Shown one piece after another: positions 49,276-58,726 of a stretch of DNA of 64,000 nt. Numbering within the stretch: the first letter of the stretch is position 1; every line of letters starts with the position of its first letter. The notes below the pieces were generated by a model that saw only the letters and a list, made by a program, of their open reading frames with translations, was not told the origin of the DNA and searched no databases. Source of the stretch: a bacterium (GTDB lineage Bacteria > Electryoneota > Electryoneia > Electryoneales > Electryoneaceae); the NCBI GenBank assembly GCA_963669175.1, contig OY769902.1:1504001-1568000 (forward strand). The letters run 5' to 3'. The position numbers were made by a program, and so were the translations under genes.

Positions 49276-50595
49276 GTGGACCCAACCAATCCTATTACGG
49301 CTGGCCTGATACTGGTCGGCCTTCTAATACTGTCAGCATTTTTCTCCGGAAGTGAGACTGCCTTTTTTTCTTTGAGCAAGGCCGCCCTGCGTGTTCTGCG
49401 CAGTCGTGAAGATGCAGCCGCACGGCGCGTTATTCGACTGGTAGATCGTCCTCGTGAACTGCTTATCACCATCCTCATCGGGAATACTGTGGTTAATGTT
49501 GCCACAGCATCTGTTGCAGCGATAACAGTTCATAATCTTGCTTCTTCGGCCGGCTTTAACCCGACCCTTGCGCTGGTGCTGGATATACTGGTAGTGACAT
49601 TTGCGCTTATCGTTATATCGGAAATCAGCCCCAAGGTATTTGCCCACAAAAATAATGAACAGTGGGCGACCTCCATGGCTGGATTGGTACAACTCTGCTA
49701 TTACCTGTTCTACCCCGTCATGCGGATCATGGTGCTCTTTGTCGATATCCTGGCGAAAGTGCTGGGGGTAGAATCGCAGCGAGTGCTGTTCAGCGAAGGT
49801 GAATTGCGTACCCTGGCTGAAGTGGGCGAAGAGCACGGCGTTCTGGAAGAAGAAGAGCGGGAAATGATTCACTCGATCTTCGAATTCGGTGAAACCGAAG
49901 TCCAGGAAATCATGGTGCCGCGGATTGACGTTGCATCCCTTGCCAAGACGGCAACGGTTCAGGAAGCCGCGGAGCTGGTTCTGGAAAAGGGACATTCCAG
50001 GATTCCCGTTTTTGCTACTGATATGGATCATATTGTCGGGATTCTCTATGCCAAGGATTTGATCGGCAAGGATCACCCGGAAGCAACCATTGAGGAATTG
50101 TTACGTTCGCCCTATTTTGTCCCGGGCGCACAGAAAATCAGTGTGCTGTTACGCAAATTCCAGACTGAAAAAATCCATATGGCAATCGTAGTGGATGAGT
50201 ATGGCGGCACAGAAGGTATCGTAACCATGGAAGATGTAATTGAAGAAATCGTAGGTGAAATTCAGGACGAGTACGACCAGGAAGAAGATCTTTTTAAACG
50301 GCTGGACAACGGCGACATTCTCGTGTACGCGAAAATAGAGAACGAAGAGTTCAACGCTTTAATTGGTGAAGACCTGATCCCGGAAGAAGAGGACTACGAA
50401 ACCCTCGGAGGTTTTATTTTCGCCCTTGCCGGTGAAGTGCCTCAAGTAGGACAGAGTTATCCTTACGAAGGATGGGTGTTCATCATAGAAGCGGTCGAAA
50501 CCAACCGCGTTATTCGCCTGCGTATTCGTCCCCCTGAAGATGCAGCCATGCAAAGCGAAGAGGAAGAAGAATACCGCTCGGAAATGCATCGCTAG
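49276..50595 (+). CDS. HlyC/CorC (CNNM + CBS pair) transporter
   Basis: SAFFSGSETAFFSL, ILIGN, EI.PK, IMVPRID, HSRIPV, VVDEYGGTEG.VT.ED.IEEIVGEIQDEYD. Confidence 0.93.
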   Translation: MDPTNPITAGLILVGLLILSAFFSGSETAFFSLSKAALRVLRSREDAAARRVIRLVDRPRELLITILIGNTVVNVATASVAAITVHNLASSAGFNPTLALVLDILVVTFALIVISEISPKVFAHKNNEQWATSMAGLVQLCYYLFYPVMRIMVLFVDILAKVLGVESQRVLFSEGELRTLAEVGEEHGVLEEEEREMIHSIFEFGETEVQEIMVPRIDVASLAKTATVQEAAELVLEKGHSRIPVFATDMDHIVGILYAKDLIGKDHPEATIEELLRSPYFVPGAQKISVLLRKFQTEKIHMAIVVDEYGGTEGIVTMEDVIEEIVGEIQDEYDQEEDLFKRLDNGDILVYAKIENEEFNALIGEDLIPEEEDYETLGGFIFALAGEVPQVGQSYPYEGWVFIIEAVETNRVIRLRIRPPEDAAMQSEEEEEYRSEMHR

Positions 50596-50681
50596 CATTG
50601 TCTGGTGTTTTAGTATTCCGAAAACATGTACCATTTACAGCGGGGCCAGGTTGCCCAGGCCTGGTCGGGAGCTGATTGAAG

Positions 50682-53288
50682 ATGATGTTCAGAGAACAGG
50701 TAGCGAAAGAGTTTTTACCGTTTGTGCGTCGTCCGCAGCGATATGCTGGCGGCGAGATGAACCGTGTGGTTCGCCCCGACGCATCCGTCCGTATCGCGTT
50801 GTGCCTGCCGGATATGTATGAGATAGGCATGAGTCATCTCGGCTTGCAGATGCTGTATCATCGGGTCAATACCAGCTTCAACGACGTCGTCGCGGAACGG
50901 GTGTTTATCCCGGATGATGACGCGCGTGAGTTGCTTAGGAAAAAGAACTTCCCGCTATTTACCCTGGAAACACGCACTCCACTCCGTGAAGTGGACCTGA
51001 TCGGGTTCAGCCTGCCCAGTGAACTGCTGATGCCCGGTATGCTGGAAGCGCTCGATCTTGGCGGGATCACCCTGAAAGCTGCCGAACGTGATGAAGATGA
51101 GCCTATTATCATCGCGGGTGGCCCGGTGATGTTCAACCCGGAGCCAATGGCAGATTTTCTCGATGTCGTGTTCATCGGAGATGGCGATGAAGCCAGTGTA
51201 GAGATCGCACAAATGCTTCGGCAAGCCAAATCGGAGGGTATTTCCCGGCAGGAAACATTGCTGCGTCTTGGAAAAATCAAGGGCATCTATCTGCCTCATG
51301 CTTACCACCTGGAATCGGGGCCGGAGGGTGAGATATGTATCGGGAAGCCGACAGTTGAAGGCTTGCCGGAACAGATTGTATCACGCACGGAAGCGGAATT
51401 AAAACCGGAATACTATCCTGAACGTCCACTGGTGCCGACTACTGAAGTAGTACACGACCGCATCTCGCTGGAAGTCATGCGCGGTTGTACACGCGGTTGC
51501 AGGTTCTGCCATGCGGGTATGGTATATCGTCCGGTCCGGGAGCGTCCTGTTGATGAAGTGCTGGCGCAGGCTTGCCGAAACATGGATGCCACCGGGTATG
51601 AAGAAATCGGGTTGCTGTCACTTTCAACATCAGACTACGGTCCCTTATCGCTACTGATCCAGGGATTACGGGAGCAGGTGCGCGGTAAGGGCATATCGCT
51701 GTCGTTTCCCTCGCTGAGGCCGGATTCCTTCACAGAGGAGATGGCCCGGGCGTTACCGGAAGGACGTAAGGGCGGGATTACCTTTGCGCCGGAAGCCGGA
51801 ACACAGCGATTACGGGATGTGATCAATAAAAATACACGCGAAGAAGATCTGCTTCGCGCGGCGAAGCTGGCCTTTGACGAAGGCTGGAACGGAATCAAGC
51901 TTTATTTCATGATCGGTCTTCCGACAGAAACACAGGAAGACCTCGACGGTATCGTAGACCTCGCCTTGAAGACGGCGAAACTTCGCGCTCAGAAAAGACA
52001 ACGGGTGACAGTATCTGTCAGTTCGTTTGTTCCGAAAACGCATACTCCTTTCCAGTGGGTGAAGCAGGATACGCCGGATAGTCTGCGTGAAAAGCTGAGC
52101 TACTTGCGCGGCAGGTTCAAGGGAACGGCAATCAAGTTTAACGGGCATGATCCGGATTCCGCGTTGGTGGAAGCTGCGTTATCGCGTGGTGACCGGCGTT
52201 TGGGACGTGTGCTGTTGCATGTGTGGGAAAACGGTGGTGTACTGGAGAGCTGGCGGGATCGATTCAACCTGCAACGATGGCTGGATGCGTTCGAGGCGGC
52301 AGATCTGGACCCGTTTTTCTATACCCGCGAACGTGATATGGAAGCGCGCCTGCCCTGGGAACACATCAACAAGGGTGTTTCGTTCAAGTTCCTGGCGCGA
52401 GAAAGCCGGAAAGCGCTTGAGGAGAAGACGACCGAAGAGTGTCGTTTCGGGAAATGCTCAGCCTGCGGGTTGATGGATTTCTTCCCGGAAGGGGAGACGT
52501 TATGTAACCGGTATGAACGCCAGGTAGCTCCTCTGGAGACCGTAAAACAGCCGCTACCTCCAGGAGGTATCGGGCTGACTGCGCGGGTACGTTATACGCG
52601 TGGTGAGGCCATGCGCTGGACTGGGCACCTCGACCTGGTCCGTGTCTGGGACAGGCTGTTGCGCCGTGCGGAAATACCGATTGCATTTTCACAGGGATTT
52701 CATCCTCATCCCCGGGTGTCGTTTGGACCTCCGCTGCCGGTAGGGCTATTATCTTGTGAAGAATACATCGATTTAGAGCTTGCGAAACCGTTGCAGGCAT
52801 CCGAACTTCTGAGTCGGCTGAGAGACTACGCTCCGGACGGACTGGACGTAGTAGAGATCAGGACGTATCCCGGTTCACCACCAAGTCCGGCGGCAATTGT
52901 AGAACGCATACAGTACCAGGTTCCATTCCCGCTTGAACAGGATGCAGTCGAACGGATAACAAATTGGTTGAAGCTGGATAGTTCTACCGTTGAACGTGTA
53001 AAAAAAGGCAAGGTGAAACGGGTGGATATCCGTCCGTTCATTGAGCAAGTGACTCTTGCCCCGGAAAGCAGTACCTTTACAGTACGGTTGATTAACGGGG
53101 CTACTGTTCGGTTGGATGAGCTGGAGAAGGTCTGGGAACTGTCTCCCGGCAGTTTGTCCGGCGTGATTCGGCAATGGCAGTGGACCAGCCGTGACGGTGA
53201 ATTCATATCGCTATACCAGGCTGCGGATGCAGTCTTGAAGGCAACATCAGTAGCACACGTAGAAGAAACGGAAGGCCCGAAGGAGTAA
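50682..53288 (+). CDS. TIGR03960 B12-binding radical SAM fused to TIGR03936/DUF2344 domain
   Basis: P.RY.GGE.N, PD.YEIGMS.LG, RGCTRGCRFC, TFAPEAGTQRLR, FVPK.HTPFQW; C-terminal HLDL.R...R..RRA.IP.AFSQGFHPHP. Confidence 0.93.
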   Translation: MMFREQVAKEFLPFVRRPQRYAGGEMNRVVRPDASVRIALCLPDMYEIGMSHLGLQMLYHRVNTSFNDVVAERVFIPDDDARELLRKKNFPLFTLETRTPLREVDLIGFSLPSELLMPGMLEALDLGGITLKAAERDEDEPIIIAGGPVMFNPEPMADFLDVVFIGDGDEASVEIAQMLRQAKSEGISRQETLLRLGKIKGIYLPHAYHLESGPEGEICIGKPTVEGLPEQIVSRTEAELKPEYYPERPLVPTTEVVHDRISLEVMRGCTRGCRFCHAGMVYRPVRERPVDEVLAQACRNMDATGYEEIGLLSLSTSDYGPLSLLIQGLREQVRGKGISLSFPSLRPDSFTEEMARALPEGRKGGITFAPEAGTQRLRDVINKNTREEDLLRAAKLAFDEGWNGIKLYFMIGLPTETQEDLDGIVDLALKTAKLRAQKRQRVTVSVSSFVPKTHTPFQWVKQDTPDSLREKLSYLRGRFKGTAIKFNGHDPDSALVEAALSRGDRRLGRVLLHVWENGGVLESWRDRFNLQRWLDAFEAADLDPFFYTRERDMEARLPWEHINKGVSFKFLARESRKALEEKTTEECRFGKCSACGLMDFFPEGETLCNRYERQVAPLETVKQPLPPGGIGLTARVRYTRGEAMRWTGHLDLVRVWDRLLRRAEIPIAFSQGFHPHPRVSFGPPLPVGLLSCEEYIDLELAKPLQASELLSRLRDYAPDGLDVVEIRTYPGSPPSPAAIVERIQYQVPFPLEQDAVERITNWLKLDSSTVERVKKGKVKRVDIRPFIEQVTLAPESSTFTVRLINGATVRLDELEKVWELSPGSLSGVIRQWQWTSRDGEFISLYQAADAVLKATSVAHVEETEGPKE

Positions 53289-54805
53289 TGGGCGTGAACG
53301 AACTCATCATCAACGCCACAACGACTGAGACCCGAATCGCTCTCATGGAGGAAGGCCGTCTGGCTGAACTCTTTGTCGAGCGGCCCGAGCATGAACGGAA
53401 TGTCGGCGATATTTACAAAGGCCGTGTTCGTAAGGTGCTGGCGGGGATCTCTGCGGCGTTCATTGAGATCGGATGGGAACAGGATGGTTTCCTCCATTTC
53501 AATGATGCCGGCCACTTGTGGGAAGGTGATGACGAGGATAGTGAAAGCAACGGACGTGGTCCCAGCCGTAAGGGTGAGATCAACCTGAAATCCGGCCAGG
53601 ACGTGTATGTCCAGATTACCAAAGAACCAATCAGCAACAAGGGACCACGCGTAACCAGCGAAGTCTCCCTGCCGGGCCGCTTCGTCGTTTTAGTTCCTCA
53701 CGCTTCCAGCATCGGTGTCAGCAGAAAGATCGCTGATCCCAAAGAGAAGCGTCGGTTGAAAGCGTTGGCACGCAAACTGAAGCCGGTTGGTTGTGGTTTG
53801 ATTGTACGGACTGTGGCGGCGGATAAAAGCGAAGAATTGTTATCAAAGGATATTGAGTCTCTCCACCAATTATGGAAAAAAGTAGAAAAGAAGGGCGCTG
53901 AAGCCCAGGCTCCGGCGTTGATATATAAAGAGGTATCTCTGGCCAGCAGTGTCATTCGTGACCTCTTCACCCCCCAGATTGATCGCCTGATCGTTGATTC
54001 GAAGAAAATATTTGATGATATACAGCATTATCTCGAACCGATCTCGCCGCAATTGCTGGAACGTGTCGAGCTGTACCGTAAAAACGCTCCCATCTTTGAT
54101 CATTTTCATATTGAACAGGAGATTGAAAAGGGGATCCGTCGCAAGGTCTGGCTGGAGGGCGGCGGGCATATCATTATTGAGCATACCGAAGCAATGGTGA
54201 CCGTCGATGTAAACTCAGGCAAGTATGTCGGGAATCAGAATCACGAAGAAAACAGCTTGAAGATTAACCTGCGTGCTGCGCGTGAGCTGTGTCGCCAGTT
54301 ACGTCTGCGTGATATTGGCGGCATCATCGCCGTAGACTTCATTGATATGTGGGAAGATAAGAATCGCAAAAAAGTTTACGATGAAATGAAGAAAGAGCTG
54401 AAACGAGACCGTGCCAAAGCTGATGTTGCACCGATTGGTCCCTTCGGCATAATGGTCATGACTCGGCAGCGTATCAAACCCTCCCTGCTGTTCACATTTA
54501 AAGAAGTATGTCCTGCCTGTCACGGAACCGGGATGGTGGCATCAAAAGAGACGGTCGTCACCGAACTCGAGAGATGGATCAGCCGTTTCAGAACACGTTC
54601 CGGTGAGAAGCGAATCCAGATCAGAGTCCACCCGGACATGAGGCGGTATCTGCTGGAGAATCCTCCCATTAACCGTTTAAATCGCATCATGCTACGTAAG
54701 CGAATCTTCATTCGTCTGCACACCGATTCCACGATATCCCCCAGCGAGTTTTTCGCCTGGAGCTATCGTAGAAATGCAGATGTGACAGACGAATACCGCA
54801 CGTAA
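53288..54805 (+). CDS. rng: Rne/Rng family ribonuclease
   Basis: VGDIYKGRV, VQITKEPISNKGPR, G.IVRT, IEHTEAM..VDVNSG, QLRLRDIGGII.VDFIDM. Confidence 0.9.
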   Translation: MGVNELIINATTTETRIALMEEGRLAELFVERPEHERNVGDIYKGRVRKVLAGISAAFIEIGWEQDGFLHFNDAGHLWEGDDEDSESNGRGPSRKGEINLKSGQDVYVQITKEPISNKGPRVTSEVSLPGRFVVLVPHASSIGVSRKIADPKEKRRLKALARKLKPVGCGLIVRTVAADKSEELLSKDIESLHQLWKKVEKKGAEAQAPALIYKEVSLASSVIRDLFTPQIDRLIVDSKKIFDDIQHYLEPISPQLLERVELYRKNAPIFDHFHIEQEIEKGIRRKVWLEGGGHIIIEHTEAMVTVDVNSGKYVGNQNHEENSLKINLRAARELCRQLRLRDIGGIIAVDFIDMWEDKNRKKVYDEMKKELKRDRAKADVAPIGPFGIMVMTRQRIKPSLLFTFKEVCPACHGTGMVASKETVVTELERWISRFRTRSGEKRIQIRVHPDMRRYLLENPPINRLNRIMLRKRIFIRLHTDSTISPSEFFAWSYRRNADVTDEYRT

Positions 54806-54821
54806 CCCGAGAAACCAAAGC

Positions 54822-54890
54822 TTGACAACCCTTGGAGTTTGACTTACCTTCCTTTTCGTTAGGAGACCCTATCGGTTAGGGTATTCTTAT
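54822..54890 (+). promoter_or_regulatory. sigma70 promoter plus candidate DtxR/MntR-type operator
   Basis: TTGACA-17-TACCTT (54822-54850), then TTAGG-AGAC-CCTAT (54859-54872) and overlapping ACCCTA-N5-TAGGGT. Confidence 0.6.
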
Positions 54891-54962
54891 TTCGAAGAAG
54901 ATTGGGAGCCGTTTCATTGCTGCAACTTGATAGTGTAGACCAAGCCAGCCGGAGGTTACTGC

Positions 54963-55439
54963 ATGCCGCATAAACCGAGGAATAGCGATCTCAGCCCCAA
55001 TATGGAGGATTACCTTGAGACGATCTATCTGCAGGATTTGGAGGGTGTACCAGCCAAGGTGAAGAGCATTGCGGACGCAATGAGCGTGTCTAAGCCTTCG
55101 GTTACGGAAGCCTTGTCTGTTTTGCAGGATCGTGGCCTGGTACTTCACCAGAAATATGGTGATATCGAATTAACGGAACGTGGTCGAGCTGCCGCCAGCC
55201 AGATTTATTTCCGTCACAAGTTGTTTACGGATTTCCTGTATACAATTCTCGGGGTGCCGGAAGAGACAGCGGAAGACGATGCCTGCAAAATTGAACACCT
55301 GGTGAGTGACACAACCGTGCAGCATGTATTTGCCATGGTAAAATTTCTGGAAAAGCACACCGGCGAGGGCGGCCAGTTTGAGGGTTTCCTGGAATCGTAT
55401 CGTGAACAGGCGGCTAACCTGATTGAAGATGAAGAATAG
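54963..55439 (+). CDS. DtxR/MntR-family metal-dependent regulator
   Basis: MEDYLETIY, IA..M.VSKPSVT, LT..GR, RH, AE.DACKIEH. Confidence 0.93.
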   Translation: MPHKPRNSDLSPNMEDYLETIYLQDLEGVPAKVKSIADAMSVSKPSVTEALSVLQDRGLVLHQKYGDIELTERGRAAASQIYFRHKLFTDFLYTILGVPEETAEDDACKIEHLVSDTTVQHVFAMVKFLEKHTGEGGQFEGFLESYREQAANLIEDEE

Positions 55440-55466
55440 TCTATACGTGATTTGACAGTCATAGAG

Positions 55467-55500
55467 AAAACCCGGGTTCTGCAACCCGGGTTTAGCGTTT
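55467..55500. terminator. Bidirectional terminator between the DtxR-family gene and flgB
   Basis: AAACCCGGGTT-ctgc-AACCCGGGTTT. Confidence 0.75.
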
Positions 55501-55518
55501 TCCCTACTCAACTGCAAA

Positions 55519-55956
55519 CTACATGCGTCCCTTGATCGCCCCTTGCAGCATTCTGTATCGAGTACTCATAACTTTAGCGGCAGCTTCGTATTGCAATGAA
55601 TTGGATGCGAGCAATGTCATTTCCTCTTCAATATCTACATTGTTGACACCGTTGTAGAACGGTTCAGTCATGTCTTCAACAATTTCCGGATGCAGTTTCT
55701 CCAGCTCACGCAGAGCGCGTCCGTGTGGCAGGTGGCTTTGAGCCGTGCGCGCCACACCTGAACCATCGCCTGTCAGGATCTCACGCAATTTATCCTCAAA
55801 GCTCACACGTTTCGCGGTATACCCGGGAGTTTCAGCATTTGCGATATTAGCAGATATCACTTTCTGCCTGGTCGAGTAGGCATCCAGCCCCTTTTTCAGC
55901 GTGGGCATGGAGTCCATTCGCTTGAATAGAAAGGAAAAAGTAGTGTTCTCAAACAT
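55519..55956 (-). CDS. flgB: Flagellar basal-body rod protein FlgB
   Basis: LD....RQKVISANIANAETPGY.AK.V.F, NNVDIEEEM..LA.N.L.Y; ATG 55956 has RBS GAGG. Confidence 0.93.
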   Translation of the reverse strand: MFENTTFSFLFKRMDSMPTLKKGLDAYSTRQKVISANIANAETPGYTAKRVSFEDKLREILTGDGSGVARTAQSHLPHGRALRELEKLHPEIVEDMTEPFYNGVNNVDIEEEMTLLASNSLQYEAAAKVMSTRYRMLQGAIKGRM

Positions 55957-55986
55957 GGCATACCTCATGGTTTTGCCTATGAGTGA

Positions 55987-56001
55987 GCAATATGTATGCC
56001 C
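55987..56001 (-). promoter_or_regulatory. sigma54 (-24/-12) promoter for flgB
   Basis: Minus strand GGGCATACATATTGC is GG-N10-GC with GGCA and TTGC, ~30 bp upstream of the start. Confidence 0.65.
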
Positions 56002-56066
56002 TTTGAGTGGAAGTGTAAGTGCTTGTTTATTAGTCGTTAATTAAGTTGTATCAGTGTAGTAAGTGG

Positions 56067-56098
56067 AAAAAAATACCGGGATGGCAGCATCCCGGTAG
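56067..56098 (-). terminator. Terminator after the small basic gene
   Basis: TACCGGGATG-gcag-CATCCCGGTA with a T-tract on the minus strand. Confidence 0.75.
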
Positions 56099-56117
56099 AA
56101 AAGTCGCAAACTTCAGT

Positions 56118-56363
56118 TTACGCTTCTTTGACTTTCTTGGCACGAGCGCGTTTCTTCGCACGCGGTCCACGCTTCCGGTCCTTCTTGGATGTCTTTTGAT
56201 CCGTAAGAGCGCCATTCATTTCATCCGGATCAAACATGTACACCATGCTTTCTCCCTTTCCACTGGAGAAGAAAGCAATATCCAGACGTTTGACCATCTT
56301 ACGAACCTGTTCAACACTGAGGCCCATGTCCTCAGCATATTTCCGGTCGCTTACGTGATGCAT
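56118..56363 (-). CDS. Small putative DNA-binding protein (HTH-like N-terminus, Lys/Arg-rich tail)
   Basis: Strong RBS GAGGAGG and its own terminator; KYAEDMGLSVEQVRKMVKR resembles a MerR/excisionase HTH. Confidence 0.6.
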   Translation of the reverse strand: MHHVSDRKYAEDMGLSVEQVRKMVKRLDIAFFSSGKGESMVYMFDPDEMNGALTDQKTSKKDRKRGPRAKKRARAKKVKEA

Positions 56364-57245
56364 CTGTACCTCCTCTGGGGATTGTTGAAATTTGTACCGA
56401 GAGAAGATAGATGACTATAAGCCTCTTGTCAATAATGATATAAGGAAAAATTGTAAAAAATGCACTTTTTGGTATTCTCAGTTCTGTATTCAGCATGCAA
56501 TATAAATATTGGCAACAAGATACTTTCAGTACATCTCGTATAAGACAGGAATAATAAAATAAATACTGAAGGAACGAAACAAAATGCCAGAAATACCATA
56601 TTTAAGAAAAATACGAAATTGTTACATGATTATTGTTCAAGTTCATGCCTGCAGATGAGAGAGAAGATGCATATTATTTACTAAGATATGCAAAAAATAC
56701 CACAAATACAAAATACACAACAAACACGAAAAACACCAAAATACTACACCTCAATCTGTTGGTGTTTTTGATAATAATGGTAGAGTCTTGCAGACGATTT
56801 AGTATAATCAATCTTGGGAAGAAACAGGCAGGGAAAAGGAGGGAAATTTGTGTCAAAATCCTTAGTGTAATTAATATAATATGTTACGAGCGGCTTGTAG
56901 TGGTTTCGTTGATACGAGTTGTAACGGAGCACATATACCGGATCCGGAATCTCCAGTGTAAGTTAATCATAGAAGATGGCGGAAGCGTGGGAAGCCTACA
57001 GCCGAATCAGACTCGACAAATTTACCCTTCTGATAGTTTTTTGATGCAATACCATTGAATACAACTGGCAGATATCAGGAGATGACATCTTCTATCACCC
57101 GATATGGGAGGGTACTTCACCTTGTGGAGTACAATAGTGTAAAATGAAGCATTTTACCCGGTCGCAAATGTCCGCAAGTGAGGGTCGACCTCGATGGATT
57201 TTCACCCAATCTCCTCAATAAAACCAATGACTTTATTTTTATATA

Positions 57246-57278
57246 GCAACGCCGGGCCATTATGGTCCGGCGTTGTTG
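57246..57278 (-). terminator. Hairpin after the HD-GYP gene
   Basis: CAACGCCGGGCCAT-t-ATGGTCCGGCGTTG. Confidence 0.6.
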
Positions 57279-57300
57279 TTTTCTGAGTGAAGAAGATTGC

Positions 57301-58479
57301 CTACAAAATGATTTCCAGCCTTGAGCGTTCATCCATGGAAAAATCGACTTTAAACGGTTCAACACGTTGACGCTGAGGATTATGGGTAACCACAACCATC
57401 GGCGCCAGGGGGGTAATCTCATTTGCTTCAACCACGACGCCAAAATGTCCTGATGTTTCCATGATCTGAGTTTTTGCAATCCTGACTCTGACACCAACGG
57501 GCAAAATCGAGACGATACCTGACAAGGCACGGACAATATGACTATTCCACGCTGTTCCTGCTTCACGTATGACCTGGACCAGGGCGTGTTCGGGCGTCAT
57601 TGATTGCCCGGTAGCCGCACCAGAAACGAGGTTGTCATAGCGGTTGGCGACTGCAAGAACCTGCGAAAGCCGATAAATCTGGTTCTCACCTTTCAGGCGT
57701 CTTCGTTCCAGGGGCAGGTCAAGCGCACGCAACCTGTTCGGGTAGCCATTCCCATTTATCTGTTCATGGTGTGCTTCAATGGTCAGTTGTTCTTTAAAAC
57801 TGGCTGGATCACTGCTTTTCAGTATCATGGTGGAAAACATGGAATGTTGGCGATACAGGTTGAAGCGCTCCGATTTGGAGACGGTGTTTTCCAGGTTTTT
57901 CGCGCCGAGAATTTCCTTACCGATATCGTGCATCAGAGCAGAAGAAGCCAGTGCGCCAAGATCACGCCAGTCAAAGCCAAGTTCCTGCCCCACCAGCATG
58001 CTAAGCAATGCCGTGTCAATCGCATGTTCCAGGCTTCTTGCGTCTTTGGTTCGAAAAGGAAGGGCGGTATACATCCGAACATGATTGTCCAGCAAATCTT
58101 CCAGGAGTTCGCCAGCCTGCTTTCGTATGGAGCTGACATTCAGCAGACGCTTCAGGGCTTTATCCGTCTGAAGCCTGGCCCGGAGATCTGCTGGGGGCAC
58201 AGAGCGCAAGATTCTGTGATGAACGACTTCTTTAAAGGATGAATGAATGTTCCGTGAAACGCTGCGTCGTGTCGAGTCGCGAATTACATCAACCGGTTTT
58301 GCATAATCAGTGATCCCGTCTTTGACAAAGACGTATGTGTATCCTCTTTCTCGCAGTTTACGGATAACCACACTGTCGAGTGTGTAGCCGTCCGCGACCA
58401 GCAATCTCTGTTGATCGTCGTATAAGGGTTTGCCGATTTGCAGTCCAGGCTTCAAACGGTCAACGCTGATGAGAGGCAT
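57301..58479 (-). CDS. HD-GYP domain protein (degenerate motifs)
   Basis: EH, MHDIGK, HHEQINGNGYP, LPVG..V; AD..DA is ANRYDN and RPY is absent. Confidence 0.85.
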   Translation of the reverse strand: MPLISVDRLKPGLQIGKPLYDDQQRLLVADGYTLDSVVIRKLRERGYTYVFVKDGITDYAKPVDVIRDSTRRSVSRNIHSSFKEVVHHRILRSVPPADLRARLQTDKALKRLLNVSSIRKQAGELLEDLLDNHVRMYTALPFRTKDARSLEHAIDTALLSMLVGQELGFDWRDLGALASSALMHDIGKEILGAKNLENTVSKSERFNLYRQHSMFSTMILKSSDPASFKEQLTIEAHHEQINGNGYPNRLRALDLPLERRRLKGENQIYRLSQVLAVANRYDNLVSGAATGQSMTPEHALVQVIREAGTAWNSHIVRALSGIVSILPVGVRVRIAKTQIMETSGHFGVVVEANEITPLAPMVVVTHNPQRQRVEPFKVDFSMDERSRLEIIL

Positions 58480-58726
58480 GGCGAGTTACCAGTTGATTGG
58501 CTTTGTAGTGGACCGAATTATATGAATCGATCCACCCGATTCTCCATAATAAGATATTCTACAGCAAAGCGAAAGAAAGTGAGGAAGAACAACTGCTTAC
58601 GGATTCCAGTATCTTGTCAAATTTCAGTGCCAGGTTTGACTCTTCCCCTGTCATGGACTACTTTATCCTTACTTGCTTTCTGGTGTTGGAAGTGGGAGCC
58701 GGAAGACAAACCCCACTTTTGGAGGG

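Noticed and set aside
45480-54805. phoH-HD-ybeY-corC and radical SAM-rng gene order
   Set aside because: Widely conserved housekeeping synteny.
56633-57058. 141-aa ORF in the AT-rich region
   Set aside because: TTG start, no RBS, low-complexity NTTNTK from DNA repeats, atypical composition.
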